64,000 bases of DNA from an uncultured Rhodobiaceae bacterium (lineage in GTDB: Bacteria; Pseudomonadota; Alphaproteobacteria; Rhizobiales; TMED25): positions 30,705-94,704 of the forward strand of contig CAJWPC010000003.1 in NCBI GenBank assembly GCA_913045225.1, in the 5' to 3' direction. Positions 9,509 through 19,917 of the stretch are shown here, piece after piece. Both the position numbers and the translations under genes were made by a program. The number at the start of each line of letters is the position of its first letter. The stretch's first letter is position 1. A model generated the notes under the pieces. It was not told the DNA's origin. It worked only from the letters and a program-made list of their open reading frames with translations, and made no database searches.

Positions 9509-10267
9509 TTGTTAAAGTCGAGAATAATACCATGCTTGGATGTCAACAATGGGCGAGTAGTAAAAGGCACAAATTTTGTAAATCTAAGAGATGCAGGAGA
9601 CCCGGTTGAAGTCGCTAAAATCTATGATGAGCAAGGTGCTGATGAAGTATGTTTTTTAGATATTACTGCAAGCCATGAGAATAGAGACACGATCTATGAC
9701 ATTGTTAGACAGACTGCTGAGGTATGTTTTATGCCATTAACTGTTGGTGGTGGAGTAAGTAAAATAGAACATATACGAACATTATTGCTATCTGGAGCCG
9801 ATAAAGTGTCGATAAATTCAGCAGCAGTTAAAGATAATAATTTTGTACGATACGCTGCAGACAAGTATGGCTCGCAATGTATAGTGGTTGCTGTAGACGC
9901 AAAAAAAAATGATGCACAGAATAAGTGGGAAGTTTATACTCATGGAGGCAGAATTAATACTGAGATTGATGTGTTGCATTATGTTGAAAGAATTGTATCA
10001 TTGGGTGCGGGTGAGCTCTTAATCACATCAATGGATAAAGATGGAACAAGATCTGGATTTGACAATATACTCGTTAAAAAAATTACAGATATTGTGAATG
10101 TTCCTGTTATTGCAAGCGGCGGAGTTGGCAACCTACAACACTTAGTTGATGGTATAAAGTTGGGGCATGCCGACGCTGTTTTAGCGGCATCCATTTTTCA
10201 TTTTGGGGAATACACAATTAATGAGGCCAAGCAATATATGAAGGAACGAGGCATCAATGTTAGATAG
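9509..10267 (+). CDS. hisF: Imidazole glycerol phosphate synthase, cyclase subunit
   Basis: [19 protein letters not shown] and [10 protein letters not shown] motifs. TTG start directly after the hisA TAA, preceded by GAGGG. There is no in-frame ATG nearby. Confidence 0.95.
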   Translation: MLKSRIIPCLDVNNGRVVKGTNFVNLRDAGDPVEVAKIYDEQGADEVCFLDITASHENRDTIYDIVRQTAEVCFMPLTVGGGVSKIEHIRTLLLSGADKVSINSAAVKDNNFVRYAADKYGSQCIVVAVDAKKNDAQNKWEVYTHGGRINTEIDVLHYVERIVSLGAGELLITSMDKDGTRSGFDNILVKKITDIVNVPVIASGGVGNLQHLVDGIKLGHADAVLAASIFHFGEYTINEAKQYMKERGINVR

Positions 10268-10275
10268 GGGGATTT

Positions 10276-10608
10276 ATGTCTGAAAACTCAATGAAAAATA
10301 TAGATTATTTAGAAAAGCTTACGGAAACAATAAAGAATAACGCTTTTAAGGATGCCGAATTTTCATATACTGCAAAACTAATCGGTGACATTGAGTATTT
10401 ATCTAAAAAAATCGGTGAAGAAGCGTCTGAAGTAATAATTGCAGCGCTGTCAAAGGACAAAGAAAACCTTAAAAAAGAGTCTGCAGACCTGATTTATCAC
10501 TTAATGGTATTGCTTGAGCAAGGTAATTTAAGTATTGACGATGTGTGTGGCGAACTTATGCGAAGAAGAGGTATATCAGGTCATGAAGAAAAAAAATCTA
10601 GAAGATAG
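10276..10608 (+). CDS. hisE: Phosphoribosyl-ATP pyrophosphatase
   Basis: 110 aa. SYTAKL...KIGEEASEV...ESADLIYHLMVLL is the HisE/MazG-like signature. Last gene of the his cluster. Confidence 0.9.
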   Translation: MSENSMKNIDYLEKLTETIKNNAFKDAEFSYTAKLIGDIEYLSKKIGEEASEVIIAALSKDKENLKKESADLIYHLMVLLEQGNLSIDDVCGELMRRRGISGHEEKKSRR

Positions 10609-10620
10609 TAATTTTATCAC

Positions 10621-11571
10621 ATGCATCAATCAAAAAATCTAAATTCACCTTATATAATTTTTTCAAAAGAAGAATGGGCTGATTTGGGTTTTGGCGCCAC
10701 TTTAAATCTAACTGAAAATGAAATAATAGAGCTTAGGGGCTTAAATGAACCTATGTCAATAGATGAGGTAAGAGATGTGTATTTACCAATTTCTCGACTC
10801 TTAAATTTATATATATCTGGTACGGAAAAATTATTTGAAGCAACTAATTTATTTTTAGGAAAAAAAAATTTTAAAGTACCATTTATCATTGGTATTGGAG
10901 GCTCTGTTGCTGTTGGAAAAAGCACAACGTCAAGAATTCTTCAAGCATTATTATCTAAATGGTCAGATAATATAACTGTATCACTTGTCAATACAGATGG
11001 TTTTTTGATGAGTAATAACAATCTTGAAAAGAGATCTTTAATGGAGCGTAAGGGATTTCCTGAGAGCTACAACCTAACACTATTACTTGATTTTTTAAAT
11101 TCGGTTAAATCCGGAAAATCAAATGTTAAAGCACCTGTTTATTCGCATTTGCTCTATGATAATGTTCCCGGTGAATTTATTAACGTAAATAAACCCGATA
11201 TACTTATTATCGAGGGCTTAAATGTGCTCCAACCAGCCCCGCTACCAAGAGATGGCAACGCCATTCCGTATGTATCCGATTTTTTTGATTTTTCAATATT
11301 TGTTGATGCAGATGAAAAGAATATAAAAAATTGGTACATTCAGAGATTTTTAAAACTGAAGTCAACTGCTTTTAGGGAGGAAAAATCATATTTTAATAAA
11401 TATTCATATTTATCAGATGAAGAAGCAGCTAATGTAGCAACATCACTCTGGGAAAAAATAAATTACGTGAATTTGATAGAAAATATTTTACCAACTAGGC
11501 AAAGAGCTAACTTAATACTTAGAAAGTCAGAAAATCATTCTGTAAATCAAATTTCATTGAGAAAGCTATAA
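10621..11571 (+). CDS. coaA: Type I pantothenate kinase
   Basis: 316 aa. P-loop GIGGSVAVGKSTTSR, and full-length similarity to CoaA (YSHLLYD, IIEGLNVLQ). Confidence 0.93.
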   Translation: MHQSKNLNSPYIIFSKEEWADLGFGATLNLTENEIIELRGLNEPMSIDEVRDVYLPISRLLNLYISGTEKLFEATNLFLGKKNFKVPFIIGIGGSVAVGKSTTSRILQALLSKWSDNITVSLVNTDGFLMSNNNLEKRSLMERKGFPESYNLTLLLDFLNSVKSGKSNVKAPVYSHLLYDNVPGEFINVNKPDILIIEGLNVLQPAPLPRDGNAIPYVSDFFDFSIFVDADEKNIKNWYIQRFLKLKSTAFREEKSYFNKYSYLSDEEAANVATSLWEKINYVNLIENILPTRQRANLILRKSENHSVNQISLRKL

Positions 11572-12564
11572 GATATATCTCTGGATATTATTTTTTATCT
11601 CTCTGTAATCAGAAAGTGCTAATTTACCGCCATCTCTCTTTAAAATTTTTGAAGCAACAAAGTTACCAGCTTTCAAACAGTCAATTGGACTAGATTTATT
11701 TAGGTATGCCTTCAGATACCCGGAGACAAATAAATCACCAGCCCCTGTTGTATCTATGCAATCTTTTACATCTTTTGTTGAGGCATTAATAAGCACACCC
11801 TTTTCGATGGATACTGAGCCATTCTTTCCCGATGTCATGACTAATCTTTCTACAAACCCTGAAAGCTCTTTCATTCTTTTTATAAGATCTATTTCTTTCT
11901 TGACCTCCAAAAGACTCATCATCTCCATTTTATTACCAAAAATAAGATTAATTTGATGGGACTTTATTAGATTTAAAAATTCATCTCTATATCTATCAAC
12001 ACAATCCACATCTGATAGAGAAATTGCTGTAAAGCCAGTACTTATTTTGGCATTGCTGATTGACTTGGATATAAGTTCGAGTCCACATGGCGAGTATAAT
12101 AGGTACCCTTCTATAAAAACACCAGAAATCCCACTAAAGGCAGTTTTTGGTATATCTGATGTATTAAGCTCTTCTGATGCTCCTGGAAAAGTATTCATAG
12201 TTCTTTCACCGTCTGGTGTTACATAAACAAGTGAAAGTCCTGTTGTAGTTTTATTATCGACTATCATCAGGCCTGTTTCTACATGATGCTCTTTATTCTG
12301 ATCGAGGTAGATTTGCCCATAGTGGTCATTGCCAATTTTTCCAATAAAAGATACTTCTTCCTCGAGCATTGATAAGCCGCATGCACTATTATTTGCACTC
12401 CCACCCGGAACTATCTTTTTATTTGATAGAAGCTTGATTTTATAATTAATCTCATTTTGGGACACAATTTGCATTTTACCAATAAAATTAGGGTCAACTT
12501 GTTCTATCTCATCCAGATGAGAGATTACATCGATAATTGCATTACCAATAAAAAGCACATTCAT
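11566..12564 (-). CDS. PfkB-family carbohydrate/nucleoside kinase (adenosine-kinase-like)
   Basis: 332 aa. GGSANNSA in the N-terminal region and the PfkB signature IDTTGAGDLFVSGYL near the C-terminus. The 3' end overlaps the coaA 3' end by 6 nt (convergent). Confidence 0.8.
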   Translation of the reverse strand: MNVLFIGNAIIDVISHLDEIEQVDPNFIGKMQIVSQNEINYKIKLLSNKKIVPGGSANNSACGLSMLEEEVSFIGKIGNDHYGQIYLDQNKEHHVETGLMIVDNKTTTGLSLVYVTPDGERTMNTFPGASEELNTSDIPKTAFSGISGVFIEGYLLYSPCGLELISKSISNAKISTGFTAISLSDVDCVDRYRDEFLNLIKSHQINLIFGNKMEMMSLLEVKKEIDLIKRMKELSGFVERLVMTSGKNGSVSIEKGVLINASTKDVKDCIDTTGAGDLFVSGYLKAYLNKSSPIDCLKAGNFVASKILKRDGGKLALSDYREIKNNIQRYIL

Positions 12565-12579
12565 AATATGATTTTGTTT

Positions 12580-13200
12580 CTAATATCTTTTTACAAATAA
12601 CTCAGTTTTTTTGATTACTTTCTTATTTTCATATTCATAAACAATTGGGATCCCAGTTGTTATTTCGACATTCACAATTGCTTCTTCACTTAAACCCTCC
12701 ACATGCATTATTATGGATCTGAGTGAGTTACCGTGAGCGGTAATAATGACATTTTCACCATCATGTAGTTTGGGAAGTATATTTTTCTTGAAGTATGGGA
12801 TAGTGCGGTTACATGTATCTTTCAGACTCTCCCCATTTTCTGGGGCAATATCATAGGAACGTCTCCATAACTTAACTTGTTCATCACCCCATTTATTTCG
12901 AGCATCATCTTTGTTCATGCCAGTTAAGCTGCCATAGTTTCTCTCATTTAACGCTTTGTCTGATATTATAGGGATATTTTTTTTTAATACATAAAGAACA
13001 ATTTCTAGTGTCTTACTGGCTCTCTTAAGGGCGCTCGTATAGGCGTGATTAACATCAACTTTTAAATTCTGGATCGCAAATGCAGCTAATTTCGCTTCTA
13101 TTTTACCCTGATCAGTAAGACTCACATCTTCCCATCCCGTAAACAGGTTTAATTTGTTCCACTCGCTTTCACCGTGTCTTAATATAATCAATTTTGACAT
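12580..13200 (-). CDS. gpmA: 2,3-bisphosphoglycerate-dependent phosphoglycerate mutase
   Basis: LILRHGESEWNKLNLFTGW (catalytic His motif) and ITAHGNSLRS. Confidence 0.93.
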   Translation of the reverse strand: MSKLIILRHGESEWNKLNLFTGWEDVSLTDQGKIEAKLAAFAIQNLKVDVNHAYTSALKRASKTLEIVLYVLKKNIPIISDKALNERNYGSLTGMNKDDARNKWGDEQVKLWRRSYDIAPENGESLKDTCNRTIPYFKKNILPKLHDGENVIITAHGNSLRSIIMHVEGLSEEAIVNVEITTGIPIVYEYENKKVIKKTELFVKRY

Positions 13201-13208
13201 GAAATTTC

Positions 13209-14009
13209 CTATTTTTCTATATTCAGAACATCATCCATACTGTAATAACCGGGGTCCTTGCCTAGCGACCATCTTGCAGCTAACATTGCTCCTTTGACAA
13301 AAATTTTCCGACTCAAGGCTGAATGAGATAACGTTATCACCTCGCTGTCACCGGCAAATATAACAGAATGTTCACCAACAATATTTCCACCCCTGATTGA
13401 TGAAAAGCCGATGGTATTTTTATCTCTGCGACCAGTATTCCCATGTCTTTCATAAACAGCATTATTTTCTAAATTTAATGATCTTCCTTTTGCCGCTGAC
13501 TCTCCAAGTATTAATGCTGTTCCAGAGGGTGCGTCTACTTTTTGATTATGATGTATTTCAGTAATTTCAATATCAAAATCTGATAATGTTCTAGCAATTT
13601 TTTCAGTCATTTGAGATAGTATATTTATGCCGAGGCTCATATTGCCGGATTGAACAAGAACTGCGTGATTTCCTGCTTTCTTTAAACTCTCAATTTCTTC
13701 ATTTTGAAAACCGGTCGTACCGATTATATGAGAGATTCTGGCCTGTGCGGCTAGTACAGCATTTGCAAGTGTTGTCTCCGGATTGGTAAAGTCGATAATA
13801 ACGTCAGCAGATTTAATAAGTTCTAAAATGTCAGAAACAATTTTGATATTCATATTAGCTTCACCAATTACTTCACCAATATCCTTACCAACCCAATCTG
13901 AACTGGACTCTTCTGATGCTCCAATTATATCAATATCAGCGTTTTGATGGGCATATTTTAATAACTCACGACCCATTCTTCCCGCTGCACCTGCAATTAT
14001 CACTTTCAT
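13209..14009 (-). CDS. dapB: 4-hydroxy-tetrahydrodipicolinate reductase
   Basis: MKVIIAGAAGRMGR (NAD(P)-binding) and EIHHNQKVDAPSGTA (DapB signature). Confidence 0.93.
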   Translation of the reverse strand: MKVIIAGAAGRMGRELLKYAHQNADIDIIGASEESSSDWVGKDIGEVIGEANMNIKIVSDILELIKSADVIIDFTNPETTLANAVLAAQARISHIIGTTGFQNEEIESLKKAGNHAVLVQSGNMSLGINILSQMTEKIARTLSDFDIEITEIHHNQKVDAPSGTALILGESAAKGRSLNLENNAVYERHGNTGRRDKNTIGFSSIRGGNIVGEHSVIFAGDSEVITLSHSALSRKIFVKGAMLAARWSLGKDPGYYSMDDVLNIEK

Positions 14010-14083
14010 GATAGAACCATATTATTGTTAATTATAATTATGTCATCATCTTACGATGAAATATCTTTTAATGCAAAAAATCT

Positions 14084-15205
14084 CTAAAAAAAATCTCTAA
14101 ATTTTTTAAAAAAACTACTGCTGAGAGGGTTTGTTTTTTCATTTGATATTTTTTCGAATTCAGCAAGTAATTCTTTTTGTTTTTTTGTAAGATTAATTGG
14201 TGTTTCCACAGTAATTTGCAAGTGAAGGTCCCCAAAATTATTTCTTCTAATAATCGGCATACCCTTACCCCTTAATCTTAAATGTTTATTATTCTGGGAG
14301 CCTTCGGGTAAGCTAACGCTAAGCTTTCCGCCATCAATTGTTGGAATATCAATCTGACCACCTAGGGTAGCTTTTACCATTGATACAGGAATATTTAGGT
14401 ATAGATCCGCCGCATCCCTTTGAAAGAGCTTGTGGGGTTTGATTGAAACAAATATATATAAATCTCCGGTTCTACCACCCCTAATTCCTGCCTCTCCTTG
14501 CCCACTAAGTCTGATCCTATTACCATCTTCAACACCAGCTGGGATATTTACATTTAATTTCTTAGGTTTTTTTACTCTTCCTTCGCCACTACATGATTTA
14601 CATGGATTTACAATAATCTGCCCTCTACCTTGGCAAGATGTGCAGGTTCTCTCTATTGTAAAAAAACCTTGGCTCGCCCGGGTTTTACCTGATCCCTGAC
14701 AATTCGGACAAACAATCGGCGCTTCTCCTTTTTCACTGCCATTACCGTTACAGTTTGTACAAACGGAATTCATCGGGACATTGATGGTGTCAGATTTTCC
14801 ACGGTATGCATCTTCGAGAGTTATTTCCATGTTGTATCTTAAGTCAGAACCTCGATTCGAGGTTTCTTGAGATCTTGACGTCGATGAAAAGTCACCAAAA
14901 AAATCGTTAAATATATCAGAAAATGCTGAGGAAAAATTACCATCAAACCCGCCCGAGGAAGGGCCTCTTCCACTAGACCCATCAAATGCTGCATGTCCGT
15001 ATCTGTCGTAGGCGGCTCTAGTTTCAGGATTTTTTAGTCTCTCATATGCTTCTGATATTTCTTTGAATTTTGCTTCTGATTCAGGGTTACCAGCATTGTG
15101 ATCAGGGTGGTATTCTTTTGCGAGCTTTCTGAAGGCACTTTTTAGTGACTTATCGTCACAATTTTTTTCGACTCCCAATACGTCATAGTAATCTTTTTTT
15201 GCCAT
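14084..15205 (-). CDS. dnaJ: Molecular chaperone DnaJ
   Basis: J domain DYYDVLGV...HPD, a G/F-rich linker, and four CxxCxGxG zinc motifs (CTNCNGNG, CPNCQGSG, CTSCQGRG, CKSCSGEG). Confidence 0.97.
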   Translation of the reverse strand: MAKKDYYDVLGVEKNCDDKSLKSAFRKLAKEYHPDHNAGNPESEAKFKEISEAYERLKNPETRAAYDRYGHAAFDGSSGRGPSSGGFDGNFSSAFSDIFNDFFGDFSSTSRSQETSNRGSDLRYNMEITLEDAYRGKSDTINVPMNSVCTNCNGNGSEKGEAPIVCPNCQGSGKTRASQGFFTIERTCTSCQGRGQIIVNPCKSCSGEGRVKKPKKLNVNIPAGVEDGNRIRLSGQGEAGIRGGRTGDLYIFVSIKPHKLFQRDAADLYLNIPVSMVKATLGGQIDIPTIDGGKLSVSLPEGSQNNKHLRLRGKGMPIIRRNNFGDLHLQITVETPINLTKKQKELLAEFEKISNEKTNPLSSSFFKKFRDFF

Positions 15206-15238
15206 ATCAGTCTTCCTTTGAATTAGGAGGGCTATTGA

Positions 15239-17140
15239 TTATGTATTTTTATCTTCATCAACTTCTTCAAAATCAGCATCTACAATTGTACTGTCTTCGG
15301 GCTCGGGGCTCTCAGTCTCATTATTCTGAGTGTCCTCTTGTGCTTTGTAGATCGCTTCCCCAAGCTTCATGGCTTCCTGAGTTAGTGCTTCGAGATCACT
15401 TGCTATTTTTGCAGAGTCATCACCTTCCAATGATGCTTTTAATTGATTAATGGCATCTTCGATAGATTTTTTATCATCTTCATTAATTTTATCACTATTT
15501 TCGGCAAGACTTTTTTCGGTTCCGTGTATTAATGACTCTGCTTGATTTTTTGTTTCTATAAGCTCTTTTTTAGCCTTATCCTCTTCCGCGTGCTCTTCTG
15601 CATCTTTTACCATTTTTTCAATGTCATCATCCGATAGACCACCAGAGGCTTGAATCTTGATTGATTGTTCTTTATTTGTAGCCTTGTCAACTGCTTTTAC
15701 ATTTACTATTCCATTTGCATCAATATCGAATGTTACTTCGATTTGTGGAACACCGCGTGGCGCAGGAGATATTCCAACAAGATCAAAGTTACCCAATAAT
15801 TTATTATCTGCAGCCATTTCTCTTTCACCTTGGAAAACTCTTATTGTAACAGCTGACTGATTATCTTCCGCAGTTGAGAAAGTCTGGCTTTTTTTTGTAG
15901 GAATTGTTGTATTTCTATCAATTAGCCTGGTAAATACACCACCCAACGTTTCAATGCCAAGTGATAGTGGCGTTACATCTAGAAGAAGTACATCCTTTAC
16001 ATCACCTTGCAGAACACCCGCTTGGATGGCGGCGCCAATTGCAACTACTTCATCGGGGTTAACTCCTCTGTGTGGTTCTTTACCAAAGAAATTCTGGACT
16101 TTTTCGAGGACTTTCGGCATCCTTGACATTCCGCCAACCATTACAACTTCGTCAATTTCGCCAGCTTTCAGTCCAGCGTCTTTGAGTGCCTTTTGGCATG
16201 GTGTGATTGTATTTTCAATCAGATCTGCAACGAGTGTTTCAAATTTTGCCCTTGTTAATTTTATATTTAGATGTTTGGGTCCAGATTGATCAGCGGTAAT
16301 GAACGGCAGATTTATTTCAGTTTGGGTAGTTGAGGATAGCTCTATTTTAGCTTTTTCTGCAGCTTCTTTTAGTCTCTGAAGAGCGAGCTTATCTTTCAGT
16401 AAATCTACAGCCTGATCTTTTTTGAATTCATCCGCGAGGTAATTTACAAGCCTTGTATCAAAATCCTCTCCACCAAGGAATGTATCCCCATTTGTTGATT
16501 TTACCTCAAATACTCCATCCCCAATCTCTAGAATTGATATATCAAATGTACCCCCGCCAAGATCGTATACGGCTATTGTCTGTCCATCTTTACGGTCAAG
16601 ACCATAAGCCAACGCCGCCGCAGTGGGTTCATTGATAATTCTCAAGACTTCAAGGCCAGCAATTTTTCCTGCATCTTTTGTAGCTTGTCTCTGTGCATCG
16701 TTGAAATATGCAGGGACAGTAATGACTGCTTGTGTAACATTCTCGGATAAATAGCTTTCGGCTGTTTCTTTCATTTTTTGGAGTATAAATGCTGATATTT
16801 GTGAGGGTGAATATTTCTCAGAGTGAGCCTCAACCCATGCATCTCCATTATCAGCTTTGGATATTTTGAACGGGACAATGTCCTTATCTTTTTTAACAAG
16901 AGGATCGTCAAATCTTCTACCCATAAGTCTTTTTACAGCAAAAAGTGTGTTTTCGGGGTTTGTAACAGCTTGACGTTTTGCTGGGAGTCCTGTTATGCGT
17001 TCGGAGTCTTCACCAAATGCTACCATTGATGGCGTAGTCCTAGCACCTTCAGAATTTTCAATAACTTTTGGATCCTTACCGTCCATTACTGCGACACAAG
17101 AATTCGTTGTTCCCAAATCAATGCCTATAATTTTAGCCAT
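15239..17140 (-). CDS. dnaK: Molecular chaperone DnaK (Hsp70)
   Basis: 633 aa. [12 protein letters not shown] and [10 protein letters not shown] with full-length Hsp70 similarity. AAGGAG Shine-Dalgarno about 8 nt upstream of the ATG. Confidence 0.99.
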   Translation of the reverse strand: MAKIIGIDLGTTNSCVAVMDGKDPKVIENSEGARTTPSMVAFGEDSERITGLPAKRQAVTNPENTLFAVKRLMGRRFDDPLVKKDKDIVPFKISKADNGDAWVEAHSEKYSPSQISAFILQKMKETAESYLSENVTQAVITVPAYFNDAQRQATKDAGKIAGLEVLRIINEPTAAALAYGLDRKDGQTIAVYDLGGGTFDISILEIGDGVFEVKSTNGDTFLGGEDFDTRLVNYLADEFKKDQAVDLLKDKLALQRLKEAAEKAKIELSSTTQTEINLPFITADQSGPKHLNIKLTRAKFETLVADLIENTITPCQKALKDAGLKAGEIDEVVMVGGMSRMPKVLEKVQNFFGKEPHRGVNPDEVVAIGAAIQAGVLQGDVKDVLLLDVTPLSLGIETLGGVFTRLIDRNTTIPTKKSQTFSTAEDNQSAVTIRVFQGEREMAADNKLLGNFDLVGISPAPRGVPQIEVTFDIDANGIVNVKAVDKATNKEQSIKIQASGGLSDDDIEKMVKDAEEHAEEDKAKKELIETKNQAESLIHGTEKSLAENSDKINEDDKKSIEDAINQLKASLEGDDSAKIASDLEALTQEAMKLGEAIYKAQEDTQNNETESPEPEDSTIVDADFEEVDEDKNT

Positions 17141-17204
17141 TTTTTATACTCCTTAATTATTAAAAAAGTAATGAATATAATAAAATATAATCCCTATAAA
17201 TGTT

Positions 17205-17232
17205 ATATAAGGCTAAAAATTATTCCTACAAG
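17205..17232 (-). promoter_or_regulatory. Candidate RpoH (sigma-32) heat-shock promoter of dnaKJ
   Basis: The minus strand reads CTTG (17232-17229), a 17-nt spacer, then CTTATAT (17211-17205). This matches the alphaproteobacterial sigma-32 consensus CTTG-N17-CYTATNT at every specified position. It also resembles the E. coli -10 CCCCATNT (CCTTATAT). Lies about 65 nt upstream of the dnaK ATG. Confidence 0.6.
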
Positions 17233-17262
17233 ATATTTACTAATTTTTTTTTTATTAAATTT

Positions 17263-18390
17263 CTAGACACGCATTGGCATCAAGACGTACAACGTCGCTT
17301 CATCATTTGGATCTAGAACTAGACAAGGTGAATTTGGTTCAGAAAATAAAAGCTTTACAGAATCACCGCTTAATTGCGATAAAATATCCAGCAAATATTT
17401 TGAATTGAAACCAATCTCAAAATCATCACCCTTAAAATCTACTGATATTTCTTCTATTGCAGTTCCAGCTTCAGGGCTAGTAACCGACAAGGTAAGACTG
17501 TTATCATTTAAAGATAATTTGACTGCTCGCCCGCGTTCGCTCGATAAAGTTGCCACTCTATCTACGGCATTGGTAAGTATACTTGTTTTCACTAACATTG
17601 TTTTATCATTTTGGAATGGTATCACCCGTTGATAATCTGGAAATGTTCCATCTATTACTTTAGAAGTTACTTCAACACTATTAAAAATAAACTTTAATTT
17701 ATTTTGGGAAATTTTAACCTCAACGTCTCCATCATTTTCAAGCGTCAACTTTTGTATTTCAGCGATTGTTTTTCTCGGGATAATGATCCCCGGCATACCC
17801 AATGCTCCTTCGGGCAAAGTTAATTCCGCTTGTGCCAGACGATGACCGTCGGTGGAGACAGTTCTTAAGGTTGAAATTTTATCCCCATTTGTTGGCTTTG
17901 ACTCATGAAAGTAAATACCATTCAGGTAGTACCTTGTTTCTTCATTTGAAATTGCAAATCTTGTTTTCTCAATCAATCTATTCAATTCTCCACTTACAAT
18001 TGTGAAAGCATGAGAAAATTCATTATCTGATATTTCTGGGAAGTCTGATCGTGGAAGTGTTTGTAGCTTGAAGTTTGATTTACCTGACCTTATTGTTAAA
18101 TGATCTTGACTGTCGTCTTTTGACAGGGTTATCTCAGATGAGTCTGGTAATTTTCTAATTATATCGTAAACTAGGTGAGCTGGAGCAGTTAAACTCCCAC
18201 CTTTTTCAATTTTTGCATCAATTTCTTCAATTAATTCAATGTCTAGATCAGTTGCGATTAATTTCAAACCAACACCTTCTGCAATAATTAAAATATTTGC
18301 AAGTATCGGTATTGTGTTCCTTCTTTCAACAACATTTTGTACATGAGTGAGTGCTTTTAGGAACTGATTTTTTTGAAGTATTGCTTCCAT
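17263..18390 (-). CDS. dnaN: DNA polymerase III beta subunit (sliding clamp)
   Basis: 375 aa. Full-length DnaN-like sequence (RNTIPILANILI, STDGHRLA, LMPMRV C-terminus), directly downstream of dnaA. Confidence 0.95.
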   Translation of the reverse strand: MEAILQKNQFLKALTHVQNVVERRNTIPILANILIIAEGVGLKLIATDLDIELIEEIDAKIEKGGSLTAPAHLVYDIIRKLPDSSEITLSKDDSQDHLTIRSGKSNFKLQTLPRSDFPEISDNEFSHAFTIVSGELNRLIEKTRFAISNEETRYYLNGIYFHESKPTNGDKISTLRTVSTDGHRLAQAELTLPEGALGMPGIIIPRKTIAEIQKLTLENDGDVEVKISQNKLKFIFNSVEVTSKVIDGTFPDYQRVIPFQNDKTMLVKTSILTNAVDRVATLSSERGRAVKLSLNDNSLTLSVTSPEAGTAIEEISVDFKGDDFEIGFNSKYLLDILSQLSGDSVKLLFSEPNSPCLVLDPNDEATLYVLMPMRV

Positions 18391-18489
18391 CAGAGCTTTC
18401 GATTAATTACTTGTAATATGCTAAGAATATAAAAATATTAGCCTACATACTAATATTTATTGCAATAATTGACAGAAAATATTATCCAG

Positions 18490-19917
18490 TCACTCTTTAA
18501 GGGAGTTTTCAAGTGTGGTAATAGATTCCCTAATACTTGGATTTGTTTTTATCAATTTTTCAATTTTTCTGACGGCGTGCAGTACAGTGGTGTGATCTCT
18601 GCCTCCAAATTTTCTTCCAATCTCAGGAAGAGAGCGAGTAGTTAGGACTTTCGCTAAATACATTCCAATTTGTCTTGGGTAGACTATTGTTTTATGTCTT
18701 CGTGATGATAAAATGTCCTGTTTTGTGACATTAAAATGTCCACTAATTGTTCTTAACACATCTTCGATCATAATTTGCCTATTTTGTTCTTCGCTAATTA
18801 GGTCTTGGATCGATAAGGCTGCCTCTTCAACTGTAATCGGTCTTTTATTAAGGCTGTGAGCCGCAATAATTCTATTCATCGCCCCCTCAAGCTCTCTTCC
18901 AGAGCTTTGGATCCTGCGCGCAAGAAAATCTAGTACAGATGGTGATATTTCGATCCGCGTGTTGCCGCGTAATGTTTGAGAGAGTTTTTTTTCAAGGATG
19001 CCCCGTCTTATATCAAAATCAGTAGGGCCTATTTGTGCAACCAATCCACCTGATAATCTTGATCTCATTCTATCGTCTAACATTTCAAGCTTTGAAGGAG
19101 CTGAGTCACCAGCAATTACAATCTGATGCTTAGAGGTATCAAGTGCATTGAATATGTGGCAGAACTCTTGTTGGACGGATTTACCTTGCAGAAATTGCAT
19201 ATCATCAATTAGAAGTAAATCAACATCTGCAAATAGTTTCTTAAAACTGATGGTATCTTTTGATTTTACTGCTTCTACAAATGAGCTCATGAACCTGACA
19301 GCGGATAAGAATAAAACCTTTCTTTCAGGGTGTCTTGCTCTAGACTCCCATGCTATTGCATTTAATAAGTGGGTCTTTCCGGTTCCAACAGGTCCGTGTA
19401 TGTATAAAGGATTAAATTCCACAGGTATATTTTTTTGGGGCTGTGAAACTCGCATTGATGCTGCATGGGCGAGTGCATTCGATCTGCCAACAACATAATT
19501 GCTGAAAGTGTATCTTCTATCTAGGGGCGAACTTGTATTTATTAGGGAGTTTTCATCAGTATTATCAAGCATTATCGTATTCTGCAAACCAGGTAATGAA
19601 CTATCATTATCATTTGCAGAGCTTTTTGTTTTTTCACCATGATTTCGGACCCTTAATTCAATATGATTTACTTCTGAAACTTCTTGTTTCCAGATTTCAG
19701 TTAGTTTTTCAGAGTATCTTGATTTGATCCAACTTTTCAAAAAAAGTGTTGGTAATGACAATGTTAAGGTTCCATTTTCAAAACCATGAACTTCCATTCT
19801 AGCAAACCAACTGTTATATAAATCGTCTCCTATTTGAATACGTAAATTATTACTCACCCTATTCCAGCTATCATCAATGTTAATTTTTTTATTGGGGGTG
19901 TTTATTGTTGTATCCAT
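18490..19917 (-). CDS. dnaA: Chromosomal replication initiator protein DnaA
   Basis: Walker A GPVGTGKTHLLNAI, Walker B LLLIDDMQFL, DNA-binding C-terminus GGRDHTTVLHAVRKI. Two in-frame ATGs exist (19938 and 19917). 19917 is preceded by GAAGGG and gives the usual domain I spacing. Both lie inside the 3' end of the upstream rhodanese ORF. Confidence 0.95.
   Translation of the reverse strand: MDTTINTPNKKINIDDSWNRVSNNLRIQIGDDLYNSWFARMEVHGFENGTLTLSLPTLFLKSWIKSRYSEKLTEIWKQEVSEVNHIELRVRNHGEKTKSSANDNDSSLPGLQNTIMLDNTDENSLINTSSPLDRRYTFSNYVVGRSNALAHAASMRVSQPQKNIPVEFNPLYIHGPVGTGKTHLLNAIAWESRARHPERKVLFLSAVRFMSSFVEAVKSKDTISFKKLFADVDLLLIDDMQFLQGKSVQQEFCHIFNALDTSKHQIVIAGDSAPSKLEMLDDRMRSRLSGGLVAQIGPTDFDIRRGILEKKLSQTLRGNTRIEISPSVLDFLARRIQSSGRELEGAMNRIIAAHSLNKRPITVEEAALSIQDLISEEQNRQIMIEDVLRTISGHFNVTKQDILSSRRHKTIVYPRQIGMYLAKVLTTRSLPEIGRKFGGRDHTTVLHAVRKIEKLIKTNPSIRESITTLENSLKE

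Noticed and set aside
9004-9570. Long antisense ORFs in the six-frame track (188 aa opposite hisA/hisF, plus 36076-36600, 21370-21915, 25597-26040, 42325-42702, 38186-38557 and many shorter ones).
   Set aside because: Each lies entirely opposite a confidently identified conserved gene. Their translations are Ser/Leu/Ile/Phe/Pro-rich low-information sequences typical of mirror frames. None has a recognisable motif or a ribosome-binding site of its own.
14071-14100. A tandem direct repeat AAAAAATCTCTAAA / AAAAATCTCTAAA spanning the dnaJ stop codon.
   Set aside because: There are only two short copies in an A-rich context, partly coding for the dnaJ C-terminus. This is most simply a small slippage duplication and no function is implied.
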